Made by a program: the position numbers and the translations under genes. Positions 51,201 through 57,630 of a stretch of 64,000 bases of DNA are shown here, in pieces (position 1 is the stretch's first letter; every line of letters begins with the position of its first letter). Origin of the DNA: an uncultured virus (IMG/VR IMGVR_UViG_3300014050_000020) (taxonomy: Duplodnaviria; Heunggongvirae; Uroviricota; Caudoviricetes); the IMG/VR virus record IMGVR_UViG_3300014050_000020; one strand, 5' to 3'. The notes under the pieces are model-generated. The model did no database searches, had not been told where the DNA came from, and saw only the letters and a list, made by a program, of their open reading frames with translations.

Positions 51201-54200
51201 TAAAACACATACTGCTAGCACCTTAGAAGATATCATTGCCAATCCAAAAAATCAAGATATACCCTATATGGCAGCAATAGCTACCAATAGTTTTGGTCTA
51301 TACAACATAGAAAAATATTTAAATTCCGACGATACTGTACTATATCTGAGTTATAAAACTGCGCTAAATGAAAAAATTATACACAGTGATATGCAACTTG
51401 TTCAACAGGGATTTGCAGCGAGTGTTATTCCGCAAAAAATAGAATCTAAACTAATAGATAGTATATGTCAAACCAACTATTATTTTCGCAATGGTTACAT
51501 GCGTCTGCAGGATGTGCCCGACAATTCTTTATCATTAAATGAGAGATTTGGTACAGCTATTCGACCGCGACAATCTGTCATCGTTGATCCCACGAAGGCC
51601 AGAGAAAATTTGATAAAGTATGTGAACTTTATATTCAAATTGCATCCGGTTGCCAGTAAAATTACCAATATACAAAACAGTTATTTAGATAATTTTTTTG
51701 CATTCGATCCTGTGCCAACTAACTATCAAGCCTTGGTAGATAGTTATTCGCAATTGTCTGCACCTGTGGTGCAGATTGGTGGTACTATATTGGTGGTCAA
51801 TGACGAAACGCAGGGCGGGTATTGGACTTTATATGAAAAGATTTCTGCGGCACCAGCCAAATTTGAACTAATTCAAAAACAAAATTTTGATGTTACCAAG
51901 TATTGGAGTTATGCAGACTGGTATGTCGAAGGTTACGACATTGGATCTATTCCAGATTTTACAGTGGACCAGTATAAAGATATTTACAAATTAGATATAG
52001 TGTCTGGAAATACCGTAAAAGTATTGAATAAATTTGTTAGTAATGCTGCAGCCAGCGGAAGTTACACAGCCGCCACATATACTTCCAACAATTTTAGTCT
52101 ATATCAATTTGATGATGACCTCAGGCCAAAATTAATCGGACTAGGTAATGGCACATTGGAACTATCTAGCCAGCTCTATCAATCTCAAGGATTTGACAGC
52201 AATGATTTTGATAGTTTAGATTTTGATAAACACTATCTTATTGAGCTGCGTTATATTCTCAAAGGTCTTAAAGAAGATATTTTTGTTGACGAACTATTGC
52301 AGGAATACAATTTGCTGATGTTCTATCTGATCGAATACATATTGACCGAACAAAAATATTTTGACTGGTTCATGAAAACCAGTTTCGTCAAAATAGTGCA
52401 TAAAATTAAAGGACTCAATGAGCTGCCTATATTTCTAAAAAATAGACAGGAACAATTTGAAAAATATATCAGTGAAGTAAAACCATATCGGACAAAAATC
52501 AGAGATTATACACTAAGCTACGATCAATTGGAAAAACCTCTGATGACAGTGACTGATTTTGATTTGCCTGGATACTATGACAAAACACTAAAAGTCTATC
52601 GTAGTCCCAGTGGGGAATACCCCAGTCTAGATGCAAATGTTTTGCTTAGGCCCGAATACAGAGATTGGGTCAATAATCACAAATACTATGTAGATAGTCT
52701 AGAAATAGCATTTGATGGCTATGGCTATTACACAAGACCCGGATATTCAAACAGCATTTTGGCTGATCCAGCTCGCCCAGTGATTAAAGCCGATTTGCTG
52801 GCTGATCCAGTGGTATCAATAACTAGAATCGACGGGGGAATCGGCTCAAACGCACGAGCCAAAGCAATAGTAGACACTGCACTGGGCAGTGTTAATAAGG
52901 TCTATGTAGAAGATACCGGATCAAATTATACTGTTACCCCATTGGTTAGTGTACATGGAAATGGTGCAGAACCTGTGTCCGACAGACGTGTTTTCTTTTA
53001 TCAAGTAGTCGGCACAGGCTACTCAAATACAGCAGGTCCACGCTCATTTGGTTTGTATGATTTACAGGCAGGAACTGCACTGTATACCACTGCTCTTCGC
53101 GGTTATACCATGCATCGAATTCGTCGTAAAGATGGTACCATTGTGTTCACAAAACGGTATGATCTACTAGATACCTCTAACCCCAAGGCCGCTGGAGATT
53201 TGGCCAATGATTTAAATTTAACCAATAATGACTACATAGTAGTGGTCTATTCATACGACGAACCCCAGACAAACAGATTAACACAGGGACTGTTTGAAGC
53301 TATGTTACGTTGCGGTGCCAGTCGAGAAGTATTTGGATCTATTGTTAATTTTAAATACCGATCAGCTTATGTTCTGGTAGGAATTCCCGGCATAGGAGCT
53401 GCCAGTGGCATAGAAGCCTATTCGGGCAGCTCAGATAACAGTGCTACTGCATATGCCAGTGTATCCTTTAAGATACGACAAGGCGTACTGGTGCCAATTG
53501 CCAGTGTGCCAAAACAGCCTGATTTTGCCGTTGGATTCTCTCTTCCAACCGGAAAACTGGTTATAGGACAAAGTTATAGCTACGGAGCAAGAACATGGGT
53601 CTATACGGGCTATCGTTGGTCACAGATTTTAGGACAAATCAAGGGGACTATTCCAGGAAAAAATCCTCCTCATTACGCTGTTCTCAGCCCAAGACTTAAA
53701 AACAATGCAGTAAGAAAATTGCGTACCACAATAAGATTTGATAGAATATCCTATACCTCCGATGTCATTGACTGGTCCGACGGCGGATTTGATAGCGCCA
53801 ATTTTGACTCAGTTAAATATGATTTGTCTATTCCAGCCAATAGTTATTTTAGTTATGAGGGCAGAGCCTATTATACCACACAGACATTATCAATAGGTAT
53901 CCCTGTTAATCTAAAAAATGCAATGGTAGTAGGGTCAAATCAACCAGTTGTATCAAGAAATTATCGAGATGGTTTTTTTGACAATGCCAATGATCGTATC
54001 ATGGGCTATTATAAACCCACTCCGACAATGACTCCTAAAGATCTCGCAAGATTGGTGCCTGGCATAGGACCAATCAGTAATACCAATTTGGCCAATTTGG
54101 TTATAACTCCGGACACGGTGTTGATTGGTGATACATTTACCAATATAGGAGGAATTCCATCTAGTAATATTAAAATTAACGGTGGTAACTTTATTGAAGC

Positions 54201-54639
54201 TATATTCAATTATTCTCCTGAGGAGCTGGTGCCCGGAGTCACACTGGAAACACTGAGTATAATGGTCATAACCAGTAATGTGGCCGGTAATGTAGGCTTC
54301 AGACTCTGGCAGAATATTGACAGTAATGTTGCCAATGTCTTCTATACCGTAAATCCAAATAACACAACTTCATTGGCGCAACCACTGATGTTAAGCGACG
54401 GGAATGTGTTTGTAAATGACGGAACCAAACTCAGTGTGCCGGATCCATTGAATATAGTACCCGGAATCATTTATGTTAACGGAGAAAGAATTCTTTATTA
54501 TGTTAAAGATGGTAATAGACTGGGACAGATAAGACGTAGTTATGGCGGCACAGGAGTACCGTTGGTTCATCCCATTGGAGCCGTAGTGTATAATATGGGG
54601 CCAGACGCAGTGTTGCCTCTGTTGTCAATTCCAGCCTGA
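42235..54639 (+). CDS. Giant (4134 aa) multidomain baseplate/virion protein
   Basis: Single uninterrupted ORF after the gp6-like gene; contains two SGNH domains and DUF4214-like, CBM-like and ILEI-like segments. Confidence 0.75.
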   Translation: MAINRKTINFLPSIFQTTTNKKFLGSTLDQLVSEPDLIKINGFIGRKFSPTYKKTDGYLTEPTQAREYYQLEPSVVIRNSSGKITQYIDYNDFINKISYYGGNSENHDRLFRSEFYSYDPKIDLDKLVNYNQYYWIPSGPSAVPIKSLPIGEPDSGANLIAVFGDSVSTYGGLDFIPGMNPSLDSSYNPNQAGSITSTIQSLYPAYYVVNISRGGMTTDEALTGVQTYVGPGLTNPFGSSNTITQWIIDNKPAKIVIRYGLDDAILKTNSASTIANIETIVNFARNRNIEVILIGVNPTAVDGTSANCNYKTPPSMTLAMSSRVDAINDAIINIAQKNGFQYANVRNLRAGACSFFDGIHPFTNFGIDISNEIYDQLNTTIYLARGKTYRFTVNGSGNVWIQTEPGINGAKRYNTNVSSRNIFGVTNNGEDSGVITFAVPLATAQDSLIKMPFFDYVDYATNVTFTSLDGSLWTRNVSAIDGELTWPNNRYIVFLTTSNATGDWTDRNSNLVPLAQRRGIWKIKVNHLSRLELTYVRDIPNGYKFEIRQGNTKKGLQYEKNSLNFFAVLPDITAPLETLYFQNENFPLRISKISIVDKVTNRINVTNDILGKKYYVTDDGVRLTNGMKIEFDNSVIPSSYRNKQFIVEGIGRDIRLVDFEALVAPEIEIDPSSIPFDIGNFDMDGFDGIVKGSIVPDYITINRSSVDYNAWSRSNRWFHADVVQVSAQYLGITADLSQYLRAQRPIIEFIPDLQLFNHGRIGLGYTDKFFDSQQKLIQTANVVDLDDALQQVQGIDYKELSKQGLEIKVGQRIIFANDSNNTVAKTIYTAGIVDLSTATTPFDGLLTGIFTARLGTKLVSALGGKFNSELTVGSHLYDNGNIFVGVVEKINNDNELILSNAIQYEYAGSPSNANWKYNNAKVNLVASSTAAQWHNVVVLSGTNNKKSYFYTGSDWTLGQIKNSINQEPLFDIVNAADISLSVAFTGSEFVGSKLFSYTRGSLVADTYLGFSLSYYNTTGGIGDIKFTNNYDNDSFRYLSDVLLNIKSTVQVNTGFIRQITGFTTHKKLNVWHSIIDPSLQYQHISAEFDGRTSYFEIGCEPYYFEYHTPAIKVAINNKQIIRSKTPKKFNTITGTKLSTTVIGGAAVADRIDNFYQTSLGRHADQAGLDYWTAAVITGSLTIYDAEMYIMGSNEAYMIDCGFMYQKIGVRHTIKINPDLLSVGDRIDIFVYSRQTARLGNYQIPVNLELNPQNLDVYNLSLGQLRLHLQTIGLNYRELRGNPESDSNIRDLDTATRGGTILQHSSSLIYAATFLTGNDINFVNSVDYARREYTRFKNKFLELAVTLTDISTTNIVDSVDKILVNINQVKNKSFPWYYSDMIPYGKNYITNRYTLITLAVTTFNLTKSYKDLSANAVGILVYKNGVQLIKNIHYVFNASPTLTFSSAASLAIGDIIEIREYSDTDGCYVPETPTKLGLYPKYIPAVYQDNTYRTAINVIQGHDGSIIPAFNDYRDDLLLELEKRIYNNIKVEYQDNLIDINSIVPGKYRDTDYSLKEFNDILNSEFLKWVGYNQLDFGSNLFFLGNDEYSWNYSRAVDNDNETLPGFWRAIYKWYFDTDRPHTHPWEMMGYTIKPVWWDTHYSWTNSVKRSTLIFNITNGFVYDPGGPNATKSNPVYARAGFSSVVPVDTSGNLISPARAVARKFNSSTFSAPFAIGDQGPVESAWRRSSEFPYAMQRAIALAKPANYFGRLFDTSRFYYDSSLLNQYVSRVDLKRISSSDIVINGESVNDKITRAAGYINWIHGYLTGLGKDAALTLRNQINNISVNLSHRLAGFTDKKFINVITEQISPTSLNESVIVPDENYVVHLNKSTPVVRVMYSAVIVERTQNGYTVSGYDLKFPYFTVIPSEPTGDASQLKVYDTTVVVFEDFKSEKITVPYGYEFGNRQQVVDFLISYERFLLAQGFTFDRYNNDLALVNDWRLSIREFLSWAAQGWSSGNIIVLSPVCDQIDFISTDGIIDTITNKLSESRVLGLNFNLIKTNELIVVRDNNLTTINTISGQTIGFVELNLVQFEHALIFDNLTVFNNIIYQPDTAARQYRLRLVGSMTANWDGQLTPSGFVYSSGEVAEWQAGRDYFKGEIVKYKDNNYTAILNLTGQDSFNINYWSVLDTELTEGLSTNFSHNAQELVNVYDLDDPSASEDLAAFGSGLIGFKNRSWFDNLGISTISQTKFYQGYIKEKGTKNAIDALAKADLQGISNTIDIYEEWGARIGSFGALDLNPYITVQLVDTTLKDNPIGIELLAQNQSTSSDSTVAGIKASRLLNKPLNYTSNIFLERNPRFAISLRIELFGDSIMCGKDSGIASGNSLLNYLTCRYDQTTGRVTMPPDYLLYQGLSGKSTTNYNLSVITRSVENSTSGRLLAGTDGVNGPWPDNIDADLVIINHGMVDAKEGVSPVAYKNNLIALRNALKSDQGCIWLTPAPVNRNSINTAWGPIGTNDMSLYANAMKEVALIYGDLVADTHTMVNWLNYLTSDGVHPTQNGYTRLVNDLLIPVVEQYVRNKQLNSLRTFVNDVKSAGYVHVDDVDSYLFDINYYNNLNDTILKSLVTGYKIWVARDFKQDWQVYRVYKTSNTVTSIAADLDRKVIATTIKNHNLAVEDIFVIRGFNSTVDGFYQALSTTANTITFVTSQKVYDQVVYGSLISDTANLFDLQPLRFANIKLRDTTVPKHGWLTSDLSWIDDSGDAYASWAVYKKLPTYSISANVTTVVNNSAVSFTMTSAEPNEELYYSIENAGSGVDTIDRQVQWKIFRQQQESVDIDSISNVYLFSDKNKQIITKLDILDPIKGRILGTAGQDIDYTLSIDPAKYSTVSADYEYLPENINYYWASDQIGKYWWNIDRCRLIEYEQDTLRYRLDNWGRFFPGSEIHVYEWISSDLLPSQHVAAGLPGKPLYANDEAYSVGNYIDPSTNAITVKYYYWLRGHSSKFLKSKTHTASTLEDIIANPKNQDIPYMAAIATNSFGLYNIEKYLNSDDTVLYLSYKTALNEKIIHSDMQLVQQGFAASVIPQKIESKLIDSICQTNYYFRNGYMRLQDVPDNSLSLNERFGTAIRPRQSVIVDPTKARENLIKYVNFIFKLHPVASKITNIQNSYLDNFFAFDPVPTNYQALVDSYSQLSAPVVQIGGTILVVNDETQGGYWTLYEKISAAPAKFELIQKQNFDVTKYWSYADWYVEGYDIGSIPDFTVDQYKDIYKLDIVSGNTVKVLNKFVSNAAASGSYTAATYTSNNFSLYQFDDDLRPKLIGLGNGTLELSSQLYQSQGFDSNDFDSLDFDKHYLIELRYILKGLKEDIFVDELLQEYNLLMFYLIEYILTEQKYFDWFMKTSFVKIVHKIKGLNELPIFLKNRQEQFEKYISEVKPYRTKIRDYTLSYDQLEKPLMTVTDFDLPGYYDKTLKVYRSPSGEYPSLDANVLLRPEYRDWVNNHKYYVDSLEIAFDGYGYYTRPGYSNSILADPARPVIKADLLADPVVSITRIDGGIGSNARAKAIVDTALGSVNKVYVEDTGSNYTVTPLVSVHGNGAEPVSDRRVFFYQVVGTGYSNTAGPRSFGLYDLQAGTALYTTALRGYTMHRIRRKDGTIVFTKRYDLLDTSNPKAAGDLANDLNLTNNDYIVVVYSYDEPQTNRLTQGLFEAMLRCGASREVFGSIVNFKYRSAYVLVGIPGIGAASGIEAYSGSSDNSATAYASVSFKIRQGVLVPIASVPKQPDFAVGFSLPTGKLVIGQSYSYGARTWVYTGYRWSQILGQIKGTIPGKNPPHYAVLSPRLKNNAVRKLRTTIRFDRISYTSDVIDWSDGGFDSANFDSVKYDLSIPANSYFSYEGRAYYTTQTLSIGIPVNLKNAMVVGSNQPVVSRNYRDGFFDNANDRIMGYYKPTPTMTPKDLARLVPGIGPISNTNLANLVITPDTVLIGDTFTNIGGIPSSNIKINGGNFIEAIFNYSPEELVPGVTLETLSIMVITSNVAGNVGFRLWQNIDSNVANVFYTVNPNNTTSLAQPLMLSDGNVFVNDGTKLSVPDPLNIVPGIIYVNGERILYYVKDGNRLGQIRRSYGGTGVPLVHPIGAVVYNMGPDAVLPLLSIPA

Positions 54640-54759
54640 TGACCAAATTGATGAAAAACAAATTAGAAAGTTATAGAATCGGTTTGCAAATTAAAGCAAA
54701 TACAAGTTTGGTATCTATGTGGTACATAGATACAACTGGCTAAATACAAAGGTTATAAT

Positions 54760-54918
54760 ATGATAAATAATAAAAACACACAAAATAACCAAGAAAGGTC
54801 TGAAATCGAACCTGTAAATCCAGTCAAACCCGACGAGCAAGGAGGGTTTACTTTTGGTGGGTTTTTTAAAATTTTTGACCCAGAATCTGAGCAAATTATC
54901 ATGCAGGGTCCGGCTTAA
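54760..54918 (+). CDS. Small 52-aa protein below the ORF-track cutoff
   Basis: MINNKNTQ...KPDEQGGFTFGGFFKIFDPESEQIIMQGPA; AAGG RBS and TAAATA at 54741-54746; stop lies 1 nt before the next ATG. Confidence 0.7.
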   Translation: MINNKNTQNNQERSEIEPVNPVKPDEQGGFTFGGFFKIFDPESEQIIMQGPA

Positions 54919-54919
54919 A

Positions 54920-55534
54920 ATGAAAAAGCAAATTAGATTAAAAGTTGATGGTTTTTTAAAAATCTTTGACCCAGAAACTCAAGAAATTTTGGTCAACAAG
55001 CACAATGCCATACATTTTGAAAATATCAGCGAAGCATTGGCCATGAGTTTGGCCAATAAGAAAACCAATTATATTTCTGAAATGCATTTTGGCAAGGGCG
55101 GTACTAATATAGACAATACCGGAGTTGTCAATTACCTACCGCCCAATGTCAATACTCAAAATGATGATTTATACAATCCTATTTTTTACAAAATAGTCGA
55201 CGACAGCGACGAGGAAAATAGAGATCCTTTGCGTAATAATATGACAGTAAGACATATTCCTGGTACTGTGTATACAGATGTTTTGGTAACGTGCCTATTA
55301 GATTATGGAGAGCCCGCTGGACAGCAGGCCTTTGACAATGTGGCCAATATGGAAAATAATTTTGTATTTGATGAAATCGGACTCAAAGGATGGAGTGCAG
55401 CCGGCGGCGGTACAGGTAAATTGTTGACTCATGTGGTATTTCATCCTGTACAAAAAAGTCTCAATAGATTAATTCAAATTGATTATACTATTAGAATACA
55501 AAGTTTAACCAATTTTATACCAACGCAGATTTGA
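54920..55534 (+). CDS. Virion protein, probable fibre-attachment/baseplate subunit (start revised to ATG 54920)
   Basis: LDYGEP...FVFDEIGL...LLTHVVFHPVQKS...IDYTIRI motifs. Confidence 0.7.
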   Translation: MKKQIRLKVDGFLKIFDPETQEILVNKHNAIHFENISEALAMSLANKKTNYISEMHFGKGGTNIDNTGVVNYLPPNVNTQNDDLYNPIFYKIVDDSDEENRDPLRNNMTVRHIPGTVYTDVLVTCLLDYGEPAGQQAFDNVANMENNFVFDEIGLKGWSAAGGGTGKLLTHVVFHPVQKSLNRLIQIDYTIRIQSLTNFIPTQI

Positions 55535-55573
55535 ACAACGCATAAATATTATAATCAACGGAGTCAATAGTTC

Positions 55574-56743
55574 ATGGCCTATATTATTAATAATACCACA
55601 GGAAGTCTTTCCATACCAGTTGCCGATGGTACCAAAGACACCTCCTCATTGAGTATAGCTCTAATAGGTAAAAACAGTGCAAATTATGGAGAATTGCTAA
55701 ATGAAAATTTAGTCAAGTTAATGGAAAATTTTGCCAGCACTACTCAACCAGCTGGTAGTCCGCTGACCGGTCAATTATGGTACAATACCACTGATAATAC
55801 TCTGCGTGTTTATAATGGCACAACATTTGTCAAGGCCAGCTCTACCATTACTTTAGAAACACTGCCAAATGCTGTTAGTTATCTTACTCATGTCAGCAGC
55901 GTCAGTGGTACTCCTGACCTAAAAACAGTGGGTACCAAGGGCATTACCATTACTCCCTATACCGGAAATGTTGGCGTCGGTATCAGCAGCCTGGCACCAG
56001 CCCGGCTAGTGATAAATGGGCAAACCAATGACCCAACTCGGAGCCTGACAGGATTTGGTCAAGGCAACATTGGAGACATAAATGTACCAGTGCAAGTACA
56101 TGGCGCCGACAATGCCATTGCTGCCATTGGTGTAACTGCCTATTCTAATAATCAATTTGATTTTCCTGGCATGGCCGTAAGACGAGCCAGAGGAACAGGA
56201 GCCAGTCCTCAGGGAATTCAAAATACTGACTGTATTGGTGGACTCGTCTGTCTAGGTCACGATGGCACTGCATTCACCACCTCGAATCAGGGATTTATGG
56301 GATGGTTCGCTTCACAAAATTGGTCCACGTCAGCTCGAGGATGTGAGGCAGTAATTAATGTTACAAGAAATGGTCAAACAATTGGTAGCAATGTGGTATG
56401 GTTTAGAAACAATCTCGATGCCGAATTCGCTGGTGATGTAGTCGCTTATTTTTCATCAGACCAAAGACTCAAAAAAGACATCAATCGAATAACCGATGCT
56501 TTGAGCAAAGTTTCAAAGCTGGATGGTATATATTTTAGATGGAACGATCTATCCGAAAAAACAGATAAAACTAGCCTACAGGTGGGCCTGATAGCCCAGC
56601 AGGTTCAAGCTGTGTTACCAGAAATCGTACAAGAAAAAAGCGACAATTATCTGGCAATTGACTACCAAAAACTAGTGCCATTGTTGATTGAATCAATCAA
56701 AGAACTCAAAGACCAAATTGACCAGCTAAAAAAGTCAAAATAG
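55574..56743 (+). CDS. Tail fibre with a C-terminal peptidase S74 intramolecular chaperone
   Basis: SDQRLKKDI...GLIAQQV...PEIV...IDYQKLVPLLIESIKEL. Confidence 0.88.
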   Translation: MAYIINNTTGSLSIPVADGTKDTSSLSIALIGKNSANYGELLNENLVKLMENFASTTQPAGSPLTGQLWYNTTDNTLRVYNGTTFVKASSTITLETLPNAVSYLTHVSSVSGTPDLKTVGTKGITITPYTGNVGVGISSLAPARLVINGQTNDPTRSLTGFGQGNIGDINVPVQVHGADNAIAAIGVTAYSNNQFDFPGMAVRRARGTGASPQGIQNTDCIGGLVCLGHDGTAFTTSNQGFMGWFASQNWSTSARGCEAVINVTRNGQTIGSNVVWFRNNLDAEFAGDVVAYFSSDQRLKKDINRITDALSKVSKLDGIYFRWNDLSEKTDKTSLQVGLIAQQVQAVLPEIVQEKSDNYLAIDYQKLVPLLIESIKELKDQIDQLKKSK

Positions 56744-56754
56744 AAGGATAAATT

Positions 56755-57588
56755 GTGCCCTTGCCAACTTGGACCACTCCCCCTTCAAGAATAAGTTTGG
56801 CTAATGTCCAGGCCGAATTTGGAGGATCAAATCCCATTAGAATGAGTGAATACTACAGTGGTGGTTCTTATGTGGCCGGCGGCACAACAGGAACACCCAA
56901 TGGTGTGGCCGCTGCTATACCCGCCAGTGGTAGAATATCATTAAAAAATTTCATTGGTAGTAGTGGAGCTGGTCCAACAACCACTACATCTACTTCAACA
57001 ACCACTACTACAACCACTGCTGCTCCAACAACCACTACTACAACCACTGCTGCTCCAACAACCACTACATCTACTTCAACAACCACTAGTGGACCGGGTA
57101 CGACCACAACAAGCACTTCAACATCCACAACAACGACTACCACAACGACATTGGGCCCACCATCTATTGATTACTTTATAGCTCTCAACAATGGTAATGT
57201 GCCTCCCTTTACCGTCAATGAAACTAGTAATAGAACTATGGGGTGGAGTTATTCGATAAACAACAGAGCTGGTAGAACATTGTATTGGAAACTAGACCAC
57301 TTTACTACAACCGACAGTGACTTTGATGGAGCTACTTTTGGACCCATATACACCGACTCCGGAGGAATAAGTGTAACAGTCAGAACCGATGCCGCAACCG
57401 AAGGCAATGAAACATTTGGTATTAAGTTATACTCCGACGCTTTTACGACTGTATTTTATGACTGGGGTCAATATGTCACCATAACTGATTCGTCGACTGC
57501 TGCCCCTGGTTCGACCACCACAAGCACTTCGACCACCACATCGTCTGACGGCGTACCGTCAGACGGCGGTGGCGACAGCGGCGACTAA
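56755..57588 (+). CDS. Fibre-tip/adhesin-like protein with a Thr-rich linker and Calx-beta-like domain
   Basis: ISL..VQAEFGGSNPIRMSEYY...IPASGRISL..F motif; poly-Thr; D..TEGNETF. Confidence 0.7.
   Translation: MPLPTWTTPPSRISLANVQAEFGGSNPIRMSEYYSGGSYVAGGTTGTPNGVAAAIPASGRISLKNFIGSSGAGPTTTTSTSTTTTTTTAAPTTTTTTTAAPTTTTSTSTTTSGPGTTTTSTSTSTTTTTTTTLGPPSIDYFIALNNGNVPPFTVNETSNRTMGWSYSINNRAGRTLYWKLDHFTTTDSDFDGATFGPIYTDSGGISVTVRTDAATEGNETFGIKLYSDAFTTVFYDWGQYVTITDSSTAAPGSTTTSTSTTTSSDGVPSDGGGDSGD
56974..57150. repeat. Coding tandem repeats (exact 30-nt duplicate at 57001-57060; 34-nt repeat at 56974 and 57055)
   Basis: ACCACTACTACAACCACTGCTGCTCCAACA occurs twice in tandem. Confidence 0.9.
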
Positions 57589-57630
57589 TATTTGGAATCT
57601 CACACTCGCTGGTGTCGCGCAATTTAATCT

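Noticed and set aside
54854..54919. Frameshift at GGG TTT TTT AAA fusing the micro-ORF to the next gene
   Set aside because: It would need a +1 shift, there is no in-phase X XXY YYZ heptamer, and the downstream gene has its own ATG 1 nt after the stop.
20398..57150. CRISPR-like or DGR-like reading of the repeats
   Set aside because: All repeats are in-frame coding tandems without unique spacers. No reverse transcriptase is present, and the differences between the 195-nt copies are not adenine-specific.
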